Shown: positions 39,331 to 52,300 of the stretch, in pieces
How positions within the stretch are numbered: position 1 is the first letter of the stretch
Layout of the letters: every line of letters starts with the position of its first letter
NCBI GenBank assembly: GCA_040285825.1
Contig: JAUPSS010000007.1
Location: 3,118,317 to 3,182,316 of the forward strand
Source: Eukaryota sp. TZLM1-RC
Lineage: Eukaryota > Protista > Metamonada: BaSk clade
Direction: 5' to 3'
Length of the DNA: 64,000 nt
The notes under the pieces: model-generated
Databases searched by the model: none
What the model saw: the letters and a program-made list of their open reading frames with translations, nothing else
What the model was told of the DNA's origin: nothing
Program-made: the position numbers and the translations under genes

Positions 39331-39338
<8 letters not shown>

Positions 39339-39339
39339 C

Positions 39340-39372
<33 letters not shown>

Positions 39373-39394
39373 GTTCCCACTGTCCCTACCTACC

Positions 39395-39430
<36 letters not shown>

Positions 39431-39834
39431 TAATTCAGCGGGGAAAGAAAGACCCTGTTGAGCTTGACTCTAGTCTGATATTGTGAACCGATTCAGGAGG
39501 TGTAGCGTACAGGGGAGTAGATTTATCTACGCCAATGAAACACCCTGACTCTTGACATTGGTTTGCTAACTTAATTAATCCGAAACAGGTTTCCTGTTTC
39601 AAGATTTAAGTGTCTTCGGATACGATCGGATTTAAGGACATTGTCAGATGGGGAGTTTGGCTGGGGCGGCACATCTCCAAAATAATAACGGAGGTGTCCT
39701 AAGGTGAGCTCAATGAGAACAGAAATCTCATGTAGAACATAAGGGTAAAAGCTCACTTGATTTTGATTTTCAGTATGAATACAAACCAAGAAATTGTGGC
39801 CTAACGATCCTTTAACTATAAGAAACTTTTAGCT

Positions 39835-39877
<43 letters not shown>

Positions 39878-39979
39878 AGCCAAGCGTTCATAGCGACGTT
39901 GCTTTTTGATTCTTCGATGTCGGCTCTTCCTATCATTGAGAAGCAGAATTCTCAAAGCGTTGGATTGTTCACCCATTAA

Positions 39980-40014
<35 letters not shown>

Positions 40015-40025
<11 letters not shown>

Positions 40026-40045
40026 ACCCTACTGAATAATTGTCA
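40015..40045 (+). other. Empty insertion site of the retrotransposon (junction 40030/40031, CCCT^ACTGA)
   Basis: Sequence from 40031 (actgaataattgtcatcc...) is the same as the sequence following the element at 35285. The upstream bases differ (agtttaccct versus gatttaataa). Confidence 0.85.
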
Positions 40046-40362
40046 TCCTAATAGTAAAAGCAACCCAGTACGAGAGGAACCGTTGTTTCGCATAATTGGT
40101 ATTTACGCTTATCTGAAAAGATATTGGTGTGAAGCTAACATGCGTTGGATTATAGCTGAACGCCTCTAAGCTAGTATCCAACCTAGAAAGGATGATATAT
40201 TGACCTGCAAATTTAATCGATAAAGATTAGGATTGTGTTTACACAGTCCCAATATCTCATCAGTGGGATTGATGTTTAGTCTAAGTACTATTCATTGATC
40301 ATTGAAACTATGAAGATTCGCAGGATCATGAAACCTTGGCAGACGACCAAGATACGGAACTC

Positions 40363-43300
40363 ATTGCTGTAAGTGTAAGAGTATCGTTTTTGATACGATT
40401 TACTGAGGCTCATATGAAGTTCCTAGTTTCGTATATTGACCAATGGTTGTTTATTACAATCATTGGTCAAATCTTTAAAGTCCATTTGGGACAATTAATA
40501 TAACAATTGTGGTGTTAAAGTCCGTGCTATGGTCATTTGAGTAGTCATTGGTATGATTGGTTGAATGGTCATTGGTATGATTAGATGAGTTGCATGTAGT
40601 CTTTATGTACTAGATGTGATCAACTTGTGATCAAACTTTGTGTGAAATTGTGTGTTAGTAATGTTGGCTATGTGTTACTTGATCAGTACAAACTCATGAT
40701 TACATTTTCAAATGATTTTGTATATATTTGAATTAATTGAGTGTATTAATTTTTAAACATTAAATTGTAAAAAAAGTAAAAAATCAAAAAGTATACAATT
40801 GAATGTTGTAAACTAATAAAACAATTGCTGTAAGTGTAAGAGTATCGTTTTTGATACGATTTACTGAGGCTCATATGAAGTTCCTAGTTTCGTATATTGA
40901 CCAATGGTTGTTTATTACAATCATTGGTCAAATCTTAAAGTCCATTTTGGGACAATTAATATAACAATTGTGGTGTTAAAGTCCGTGCTATGGTCATTTG
41001 AGTAGTCATTGGTTTGATTGGTTGAATGGTCATTGGTATGATTAGATGAGTTGCATGTAGTCTTTATGTACTAGATGTGATCAACTTGTGATCAAACTTT
41101 GTGTGAAATTGTGTGTGGTAATGTTGGCTATGTGTTGCTTGATCAGTACAAACTCATGATTACATTTTCAAATGATTTTGTATATATTTGAATTAATTGA
41201 GTGTATTAATTTTTAAACATTAAATTGTAAAAAAAGTAAAAAATCAAAAAGTATACAATTGAATGTTGTAAACTAATAAAACAATTGCTGTAAGTGTAAG
41301 AGTATCGTTTTTGATACGATTTACTGAGGCTCATATGAAGTTCCTAGTTTCGTATATTGACCAATGGTTGTTTATTACAATCATTGGTCAAATCTTAAAA
41401 TCCATTTTGGGACAATTAATATAACAATTGTGGTGTTAAAGTCCGTGCTATGGTCATTTGAGTAGTCATTGGTATGATTGGTTGAATGGTCATTGGTATG
41501 ATTAGATGAGTTGCATGTAGTCTTTATGTACTAGATGTGATCAACTTGTGATCAAACTTTGTGTGAAATTGTGTGTTAGTAATGTTGGCTATGTGTTGCT
41601 TGATCGGTACAAACTCATGATTACATTTTCAAATGATTTTGTATATATTTGAATTAATTGGTGTATTAATTTTTAAACATTAAATTGTAAAAAAAGTAAA
41701 AAATCAAAAAGTATACAATTGAATGTTGTAAACTAATAAAACAATTGCTGTAAGTGTAAGAGTATCGTTTTTGATACGATTTACTGAGGCTCATATGAAG
41801 TTCCTAGTTTCGTATATTGACCAATGGTTGTTTATTACAATCATTGGTCAAATCTTAAAATCCATTTTGGGACAATTAATATAACAATTGTGGTGTTAAA
41901 GTCCGTGCTATGGTCATTTGAGTAGTCATTGGTATGATTGGTTGAATGGTCATTGGTATGATTAGATGAGTTGCATGTAGTCTTTATGTACTAGATGTGA
42001 TCAACTTGTGATCAAACTTTGTGTGAAATTGTGTGTGGTAATGTTGGCTATGTGTTACTTGATCAGTACAAACTCATGATTACATTTTCAAATGATTTTG
42101 TATATATTTGAATTAATTGAGTGTATTAATTTTTAAACATTAAATTGTAAAAAAAGTAAAAAAATCAAAAAGTATACAATTGAATGTTGTAAACTAATAA
42201 AACAATTGCTGTAAGTGTAAGAGTATCGTTTTTGATACGATTTACTGAGAGCTCATATGAAGTTCCTAGTTTCGTATATTGACCAATGGTTGTTTATTAC
42301 AATCATTGGTCAAATCTTAAAGTCCATTTTGGGACAATTAATATAACAATTGTGGTGTTAAAGTCCGTGCTATGGTCATTTGAGTAGTCATTGGTTTGAT
42401 TGGTTGAATGGTCATTGGTATGATTAGATGAGTTGCATGTAGTCTTTATGTACTAGATGTGATCAACTTGTGATCAAACTTTGTGTGAAATTGTGTGTGG
42501 TAATGTTGGCTATGTGTTGCTTGATCGGTACAAACTCATGATTACATTTTCAAATGATTTTGTATATATTTGAATTAATTGGGTGTATTAATTTTTAAAC
42601 ATTAAATTGTAAAAAAGTAAAAAATCAAAAAGTATACAATTGAATGTTGTAAACTAATAAAACAATTGCTGTAAGTGTAAGAGTATCGTTTTTGATACGA
42701 TTTACTGAGAGCTCATATGAAGTTCCTAGTTTCGTATATTGACCAATGGTTGTTTATTACAATCATTGGTCAAATCTTCAAAATCCATTTTGGGACAATT
42801 AATATAACAATTGTGGTGTTAAAGTCCGTGCTATGGTCATTTGATTAGTCATTGGTATGATTGGTTGAATGGTCATTGGTATGATTAGATGAGTTGCATG
42901 TAGTCTTTATGTACTAGATGTGATCAACTTGTGATCAAACTTTGTGTGAAATTGTGTGTTAGTAATGTTGGCTATGTGTTGCTTGATCGGTACAAACTCA
43001 TGATTACATTTTCAAATGATTTTGTATATATTTGAATTAATTGAGTGTATTAATTTTTAAACATTAAATTGTAAAAAAAGTAAAAAATCAAAAAGTATAC
43101 AATTGAATGTTGTAAACTAATAAAACAATTGCTGTAAGTGTAAGAGTATCGTTTTTGATACGATTTACTGAGGCTCATATGAAGTTCCTAGTTTCGTATA
43201 TTGACCAATGGTTGTTTATTACAATCATTGGTCAAATCTTACTAAAGTCCATTTTGGGACAATTAATATAACAATTGTGGTGTTAAAGTCCGTGCTATGG

Positions 43301-46300
43301 TCATTTGAGTAGTCATTGGTTTGATTGGTTGAATGGTCATTGGTATGATTAGATGAGTTGCATGTAGTCTTTATGTACTAGATGTGATCAACTTGTGATC
43401 AAACTTTGTGTGAAATTGTGTGTTAGTAATGTTGGCTATGTGTTGCTTGATCAGTACAAACTCATGATTACATTTTCAAATGATTTTGTATATATTTGAA
43501 TTAATTGAGTGTATTAATTTTTAAACATTAAATTGTAAAAAAAGTAAAAAATCAAAAAGTATACAATTGAATGTTGTAAACTAATAAAACAATTGCTGTA
43601 AGTGTAAGAGTATCGTTTTTGATACGATTTACTGAGAGCTCATATGAAGTTCCTAGTTTCGTATATTGACCAATGGTTGTTTATTACAATCATTGGTCAA
43701 ATCTTAAAGTCCATTTTGGGACAATTAATATAACAATTGTGGTGTTAAAGTCCGTGCTATGGTCATTTGAGTAGTCATTGGTATGATTGGTTGAATGGTC
43801 ATTGGTATGATTAGATGAGTTGCATGTAGTCTTTATGTACTAGATGTGATCAACTTGTGATCAAACTTTGTGTGAAATTGTGTGTGGTAATGTTGGCTAT
43901 GTGTTGCTTGATCGGTACAAACTCATGATTACATTTTCAAATGATTTTGTATATATTTGAATTAATTGAGTGTATTAATTTTTAAACATTAAATTGTAAA
44001 AAAAGTAAAAAATCAAAAAGTATACAATTGAATGTTGTAAACTAATAAAACAATTGCTGTAAGTGTAAGAGTATCGTTTTTGATACGATTTACTGAGAGC
44101 TCATATGAAGTTCCTAGTTTCGTATATTGACCAATGGTTGTTTATTACAATCATTGGTCAAATCTAAAGTCCATTTTGGGACAATTAATATAACAATTGT
44201 GGTGTTAAAGTCCGTGCTATGGTCATTTGAGTAGTCATTGGTATGATTGGTTGAATGGTCATTGGTATGATTAGATGAGTTGCATGTAGTCTTTATGTGC
44301 TAGATGTGATCAACTTGTGATCAAACTTTGTGTGAAATTGTGTGTGGTAATGTTGGCTATGTGTTGCTTGATCAGTACAAACTCATGATTACATTTTCAA
44401 ATGATTTTGTATATATTTGAATTAATTGAGTGTATTAATTTTTAAACATTAAATTGTAAAAAAAGTAAAAAATCAAAAAGTATACAATTGAATGTTGTAA
44501 ACTAATAAAACAATTGCTGTAAGTGTAAGAGTATCGTTTTTGATACGATTTACTGAGAGCTCATATGAAGTTCCTAGTTTCGTATATTGACCAATGGTTG
44601 TTTATTACAATCATTGGTCAAATCTTCTAAAGTCCATTTTGGGACAATTAATATAACAATTGTGGTGTTAAAGTCCGTGCTATGGTCATTTGAGTTAGTC
44701 ATTGGTATGATTGGTTGAATGGTCATTGGTATGATTAGATGAGTTGCATGTAGTCTTTATGTACTAGATGTGATCAACTTGTGATCAAACTTTGTGTGAA
44801 ATTGTGTGTTAGTAATGTTGGCTATGTGTTGCTTGATCGGTACAAACTCATGATTACATTTTCAAATGATTTTGTATATATTTGAATTAATTGAGTGTAT
44901 TAATTTTTAAACATTAAATTGTAAAAAAGTAAAAAATCAAAAAGTATACAATTGAATGTTGTAAACTAATAAAACAATTGCTGTAAGTGTAAGAGTATCG
45001 TTTTTGATACGATTTACTGAGAGCTCATATGAAGTTCCTAGTTTCGTATATTGACCAATGGTTGTTTATTACAATCATTGGTCAAATCTTAAAGTCCATT
45101 TTGGGACAATTAATATAACAATTGTGGTGTTAAAGTCCGTGCTATGGTCATTTGAGTAGTCATTGGTTTGATTGGTTGAATGGTCATTGGTATGATTAGA
45201 TGAGTTGCATGTAGTCCTTTATGTACTAGATGTGATCAACTTGTGATCAAACTTTGTGTGAAATTGTGTGTTAGTAATGTTGGCTATGTGTTGCTTGATC
45301 AGTACAAACTCATGATTACATTTTCAAATGATTTTGTATATATTTGAATTAATTGAGTGTATTAATTTTTAAACATTAAATTGTAAAAAAAGTAAAAAAT
45401 CAAAAAGTATACAATTGAATGTTGTAAACTAATAAAACAATTGCTGTAAGTGTAAGAGTATCGTTTTTGATACGATTTACTGAGGCTCATATGAAGTTCC
45501 TAGTTTCGTATATTGACCAATGGTTGTTTATTACAATCATTGGTCAAATCTTCTAAAGTCCATTTTGGGACAATTAATATAACAATTGTGGTGTTAAAGT
45601 CCGTGCTATGGTCATTTGAGTAGTCATTGGTATGATTGGTTGAATGGTCATTGGTATGATTAGATGAGTTGCATGTAGTCTTTATGTACTAGATGTGATC
45701 AACTTGTGATCAAACTTTGTGTGAAATTGTGTGTTAGTAATGTTGGCTATGTGTTACTTGATCAGTACAAACTCATGATTACATTTTCAAATGATTTTGT
45801 ATATATTTGAATTAATTGAGTGTATTAATTTTTAAACATTAAATTGTAAAAAAAGTAAAAAAATCAAAAAGTATACAATTGAATGTTGTAAACTAATAAA
45901 ACAATTGCTGTAAGTGTAAGAGTATCGTTTTTGATACGATTTACTGAGAGCTCATATGAAGTTCCTAGTTTCGTATATTGACCAATGGTTGTTTATTACA
46001 ATCATTGGTCAAATCTTACTAAAATCCATTTTGGGACAATTAATATAACAATTGTGGTGTTAAAGTCCGTGCTATGGTCATTTGAGTAGTCATTGGTTTG
46101 ATTGGTTGAATGGTCATTGGTATGATTAGATGAGTTGCATGTAGTCTTTATGTACTAGATGTGATCAACTTGTGATCAAACTTTGTGTGAAATTGTGTGT
46201 GGTAATGTTGGCTATGTGTTGCTTGATCAGTACAAACTCATGATTACATTTTCAAATGATTTTGTATATATTTGAATTAATTGAGTGTATTAATTTTTAA

Positions 46301-49300
46301 ACATTAAATTGTAAAAAAAGTAAAAAAATCAAAAAGTATACAATTGAATGTTGTAAACTAATAAAACAATTGCTGTAAGTGTAAGAGTATCGTTTTTGAT
46401 ACGATTTACTGAGAGCTCATATGAAGTTCCTAGTTTCGTATATTGACCAATGGTTGTTTATTACAATCATTGGTCAAATCTTAAAGTCCATTTTGGGACA
46501 ATTAATATAACAATTGTGGTGTTAAAGTCCGTGCTATGGTCATTTGAGTAGTCATTGGTATGATTGGTTGAATGGTCATTGGTATGATTAGATGAGTTGC
46601 ATGTAGTCTTTATGTACTAGATGTGATCAACTTGTGATCAAACTTTGTGTGAAATTGTGTGTGGTAATGTTGGCTATGTGTTGCTTGATCAGTACAAACT
46701 CATGATTACATTTTCAAATGATTTTGTATATATTTGAATTAATTGAGTGTATTAATTTTTAAACATTAAATTGTAAAAAAAGTAAAAAATCAAAAAGTAT
46801 ACAATTGAATGTTGTAAACTAATAAAACAATTGCTGTAAGTGTAAGAGTATCGTTTTTGATACGATTTACTGAGGCTCATATGAAGTTCCTAGTTTCGTA
46901 TATTGACCAATGGTTGTTTATTACAATCATTGGTCAAATCTTCTAAAGTCCATTTTGGGACAATTAATATAACAATTGTGGTGTTAAAGTCCGTGCTATG
47001 GTCATTTGAGTAGTCATTGGTATGATTGGTTGAATGGTCATTGGTATGATTAGATGAGTTGCATGTAGTCTTTATGTACTAGATGTGATCAACTTGTGAT
47101 CAAACTTTGTGTGAAATTGTGTGTGGTAATGTTGGCTATGTGTTACTTGATCAGTACAAACTCATGATTACATTTTCAAATGATTTTGTATATATTTGAA
47201 TTAATTGAGTGTATTAATTTTTAAACATTAAATTGTAAAAAAAGTAAAAAATCAAAAAGTATACAATTGAATGTTGTAAACTAATAAAACAATTGCTGTA
47301 AGTGTAAGAGTATCGTTTTGATACGATTTACTGAGAGCTCATATGAAGTTCCTAGTTTCGTATATTGACCAATGGTTGTTTATTACAATCATTGGTCAAA
47401 TCTTACTAAAGTCCATTTTGGGACAATTAATATAACAATTGTGGTGTTAAAGTCCGTGCTATGGTCATTTGAGTAGTCATTGGTATGATTGGTTGAATGG
47501 TCATTGGTATGATTAGATGAGTTGCATGTAGTCCTTATGTACTAGATGTGATCAACTTGTGATCAAACTTTGTGTGAAATTGTGTGTGGTAATGTTGGCT
47601 ATGTGTTGCTTGATCGGTACAAACTCATGATTACATTTTCAAATGATTTTGTATATATTTGAATTAATTGAGTGTATTAATTTTTAAACATTAAATTGTA
47701 AAAAAAGTAAAAAATCAAAAAGTATACAATTGAATGTTGTAAACTAATAAAACAATTGCTGTAAGTGTAAGAGTATCGTTTTTGATACGATTTACTGAGG
47801 CTCATATGAAGTTCCTAGTTTCGTATATTGACCAATGGTTGTTTATTACAATCATTGGTCAAATCTTCTAAAATCCATTTTGGGACAATTAATATAACAA
47901 TTGTGGTGTTAAAGTCCGTGCTATGGTCATTTGAGTAGTCATTGGTTTGATTGGTTGAATGGTCATTGGTATGATTAGATGAGTTGCATGTAGTCCTTTA
48001 TGTACTAGATGTGATCAACTTGTGATCAAACTTTGTGTGAAATTGTGTGTTAGTAATGTTGGCTATGTGTTGCTTGATCAGTACAAACTCATGATTACAT
48101 TTTCAAATGATTTTGTATATATTTGAATTAATTGAGTGTATTAATTTTTAAACATTAAATTGTAAAAAAAGTAAAAAATCAAAAAGTATACAATTGAATG
48201 TTGTAAACTAATAAAACAATTGCTGTAAGTGTAAGAGTATCGTTTTTGATACGATTTACTGAGGCTCATATGAAGTTCCTAGTTTCGTATATTGACCAAT
48301 GGTTGTTTATTACAATCATTGGTCAAATCTTACTAAAGTCCATTTTGGGACAATTAATATAACAATTGTGGTGTTAAAGTCCGTGCTATGGTCATTTGAG
48401 TAGTCATTGGTTTGATTGGTTGAATGGTCATTGGTATGATTAGATGAGTTGCATGTAGTCTTTATGTACTAGATGTGATCAACTTGTGATCAAACTTTGT
48501 GTGAAATTGTGTGTGGTAATGTTGGCTATGTGTTGCTTGATCAGTACAAACTCATGATTACATTTTCAAATGATTTTGTATATATTTGAATTAATTGAGT
48601 GTATTAATTTTTAAACATTAAATTGTAAAAAAGTAAAAAATCAAAAAGTATACAATTGAATGTTGTAAACTAATAAAACAATTGCTGTAAGTGTAAGAGT
48701 ATCGTTTTTGATACGATTTACTGAGAGCTCATATGAAGTTCCTAGTTTCGTATATTGACCAATGGTTGTTTATTACAATCATTGGTCAAATCTTCAAAAT
48801 CCATTTTGGGACAATTAATATAACAATTGTGGTGTTAAAGTCCGTGCTATGGTCATTTGAGTAGTCATTGGTATGATTGGTTGAATGGTCATTGGTATGA
48901 TTAGATGAGTTGCATGTAGTCTTTATGTACTAGATGTGATCAACTTGTGATCAAACTTTGTGTGAAATTGTGTGTTAGTAATGTTGGCTATGTGTTGCTT
49001 GATCAGTACAAACTCATGATTACATTTTCAAATGATTTTGTATATATTTGAATTAATTGAGTGTATTAATTTTTAAACATTAAATTGTAAAAAAAGTAAA
49101 AAATCAAAAAGTATACAATTGAATGTTGTAAACTAATAAAACAATTGCTGTAAGTGTAAGAGTATCGTTTTTGATACGATTTACTGAGGCTCATATGAAG
49201 TTCCTAGTTTCGTATATTGACCAATGGTTGTTTATTACAATCATTGGTCAAATCTTCAAAAGTCCATTTTGGGACAATTAATATAACAATTGTGGTGTTA

Positions 49301-52300
49301 AAGTCCGTGCTATGGTCATTTGAGTAGTCATTGGTATGATTGGTTGAATGGTCATTGGTATGATTAGATGAGTTGCATGTAGTCTTTATGTACTAGATGT
49401 GATCAACTTGTGATCAAACTTTGTGTGAAATTGTGTGTTAGTAATGTTGGCTATGTGTTGCTTGATCGGTACAAACTCATGATTACATTTTCAAATGATT
49501 TTGTATATATTTGAATTAATTGGGTGTATTAATTTTTAAACATTAAATTGTAAAAAAGTAAAAAATCAAAAAGTATACAATTGAATGTTGTAAACTAATA
49601 AAACAATTGCTGTAAGTGTAAGAGTATCGTTTTGATACGATTTACTGAGAGCTCATATGAAGTTCCTAGTTTCGTATATTGACCAATGGTTGTTTATTAC
49701 AATCATTGGTCAAATCTTCAAAATCCATTTTGGGACAATTAATATAACAATTGTGGTGTTAAAGTCCGTGCTATGGTCATTTGAGTAGTCATTGGTTTGA
49801 TTGGTTGAATGGTCATTGGTATGATTAGATGAGTTGCATGTAGTCTTTATGTACTAGATGTGATCAACTTGTGATCAAACTTTGTGTGAAATTGTGTGTT
49901 AGTAATGTTGGCTATGTGTTGCTTGATCGGTACAAACTCATGATTACATTTTCAAATGATTTTGTATATATTTGAATTAATTGAGTGTATTAATTTTTAA
50001 ACATTAAATTGTAAAAAAAGTAAAAAATCAAAAAGTATACAATTGAATGTTGTAAACTAATAAAACAATTGCTGTAAGTGTAAGAGTATCGTTTTTGATA
50101 CGATTTACTGAGGCTCATATGAAGTTCCTAGTTTCGTATATTGACCAATGGTTGTTTATTACAATCATTGGTCAAATCTTACTAAAGTCCATTTTGGGAC
50201 AATTAATATAACAATTGTGGTGTTAAAGTCCGTGCTATGGTCATTTGAGTAGTCATTGGTATGATTGGTTGAATGGTCATTGGTATGATTAGATGAGTTG
50301 CATGTAGTCTTTATGTACTAGATGTGATCAACTTGTGATCAAACTTTGTGTGAAATTGTGTGTGGTAATGTTGGCTATGTGTTACTTGATCAGTACAAAC
50401 TCATGATTACATTTTCAAATGATTTTGTATATATTTGAATTAATTGAGTGTATTAATTTTTAAACATTAAATTGTAAAAAAAGTAAAAAATCAAAAAGTA
50501 TACAATTGAATGTTGTAAACTAATAAAACAATTGCTGTAAGTGTAAGAGTATCGTTTTTGATACGATTTACTGAGGCTCATATGAAGTTCCTAGTTTCGT
50601 ATATTGACCAATGGTTGTTTATTACAATCATTGGTCAAATCTTAAAATCCATTTTGGGACAATTAATATAACAATTGTGGTGTTAAAGTCCGTGCTATGG
50701 TCATTTGAGTAGTCATTGGTATGATTGGTTGAATGGTCATTGGTATGATTAGATGAGTTGCATGTAGTCTTTATGTACTAGATGTGATCAACTTGTGATC
50801 AAACTTTGTGTGAAATTGTGTGTTAGTAATGTTGGCTATGTGTTACTTGATCAGTACAAACTCATGATTACATTTTCAAATGATTTTGTATATATTTGAA
50901 TTAATTGAGTGTATTAATTTTTAAACATTAAATTGTAAAAAAGTAAAAAATCAAAAAGTATACAATTGAATGTTGTAAACTAATAAAACAATTGCTGTAA
51001 GTGTAAGAGTATCGTTTTTGATACGATTTACTGAGAGCTCATATGAAGTTCCTAGTTTCGTATATTGACCAATGGTTGTTTATTACAATCATTGGTCAAA
51101 TCTTCAAAATCCATTTTGGGACAATTAATATAACAATTGTGGTGTTAAAGTCCGTGCTATGGTCATTTGAGTAGTCATTGGTTTGATTGGTTGAATGGTC
51201 ATTGGTATGATTAGATGAGTTGCATGTAGTCTTTATGTACTAGATGTGATCAACTTGTGATCAAACTTTGTGTGAAATTGTGTGTTAGTAATGTTGGCTA
51301 TGTGTTGCTTGATCGGTACAAACTCATGATTACATTTTCAAATGATTTTGTATATATTTGAATTAATTGAGTGTATTAATTTTTAAACATTAAATTGTAA
51401 AAAAGTAAAAAATCAAAAAGTATACAATTGAATGTTGTAAACTAATAAAACAATTGCTGTAAGTGTAAGAGTATCGTTTTTGATACGATTTACTGAGAGC
51501 TCATATGAAGTTCCTAGTTTCGTATATTGACCAATGGTTGTTTATTACAATCATTGGTCAAATCTTAAAGTCCATTTTGGGACAATTAATATAACAATTG
51601 TGGTGTTAAAGTCCGTGCTATGGTCATTTGAGTAGTCATTGGTATGATTGGTTGAATGGTCATTGGTGTGATTAGATGAGTTGCATGTAGTCTTTATGTA
51701 CTAGATGTGATCAACTTGTGATCAAACTTTGTGTGAAATTGTGTGTTAGTAATGTTGGCTATGTGTTGCTTGATCAGTACAAACTCATGATTACATTTTC
51801 AAATGATTTTGTATATATTTGAATTAATTGGGTGTATTAATTTTTAAACATTAAATTGTAAAAAAGTAAAAAATCAAAAAGTATACAATTGAATGTTGTA
51901 AACTAATAAAACAATTGCTGTAAGTGTAAGAGTATCGTTTTTGATACGATTTACTGAGAGCTCATATGAAGTTCCTAGTTTCGTATATTGACCAATGGTT
52001 GTTTATTACAATCATTGGTCAAATCTTACTAAAGTCCATTTTGGGACAATTAATATAACAATTGTGGTGTTAAAGTCCGTGCTATGGTCATTTGAGTAGT
52101 CATTGGTTTGATTGGTTGAATGGTCATTGGTGTGATTAGATGAGTTGCATGTAGTCTTTATGTACTAGATGTGATCAACTTGTGATCAAACTTTGTGTGA
52201 AATTGTGTGTTAGTAATGTTGGCTATGTGTTACTTGATCAGTACAAACTCATGATTACATTTTCAAATGATTTTTGTATATATTTGAATTAATTGGGTGT

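Larger units (their letters stand above)
37448..40432 (+). rRNA. Eukaryotic LSU (28S-type) rRNA gene, 5'-truncated by roughly the first 300 nt, with no insertion
   Basis: Conserved eukaryotic LSU motifs appear in order: gaccgatag..caagtaccgtgagggaaag, cccgtcttgaaacacggaccaagg, ggtaagcagaactggcg, gcagatcttggtggtag, taactatgactctcttaaggtagcc, gggataactggcttgtggcagccaagcg, gtcgtgagacaggttag, and sarcin-ricin loop at 40067-40080. Ends are approximate. Confidence 0.97.

Noticed and set aside
38238-39789. ORFs at 38238-38549, 38590-38886, 38903-39280 and 39571-39789
   Set aside because: They lie entirely within conserved LSU rRNA on the sense or antisense strand and are typical spurious rDNA ORFs.
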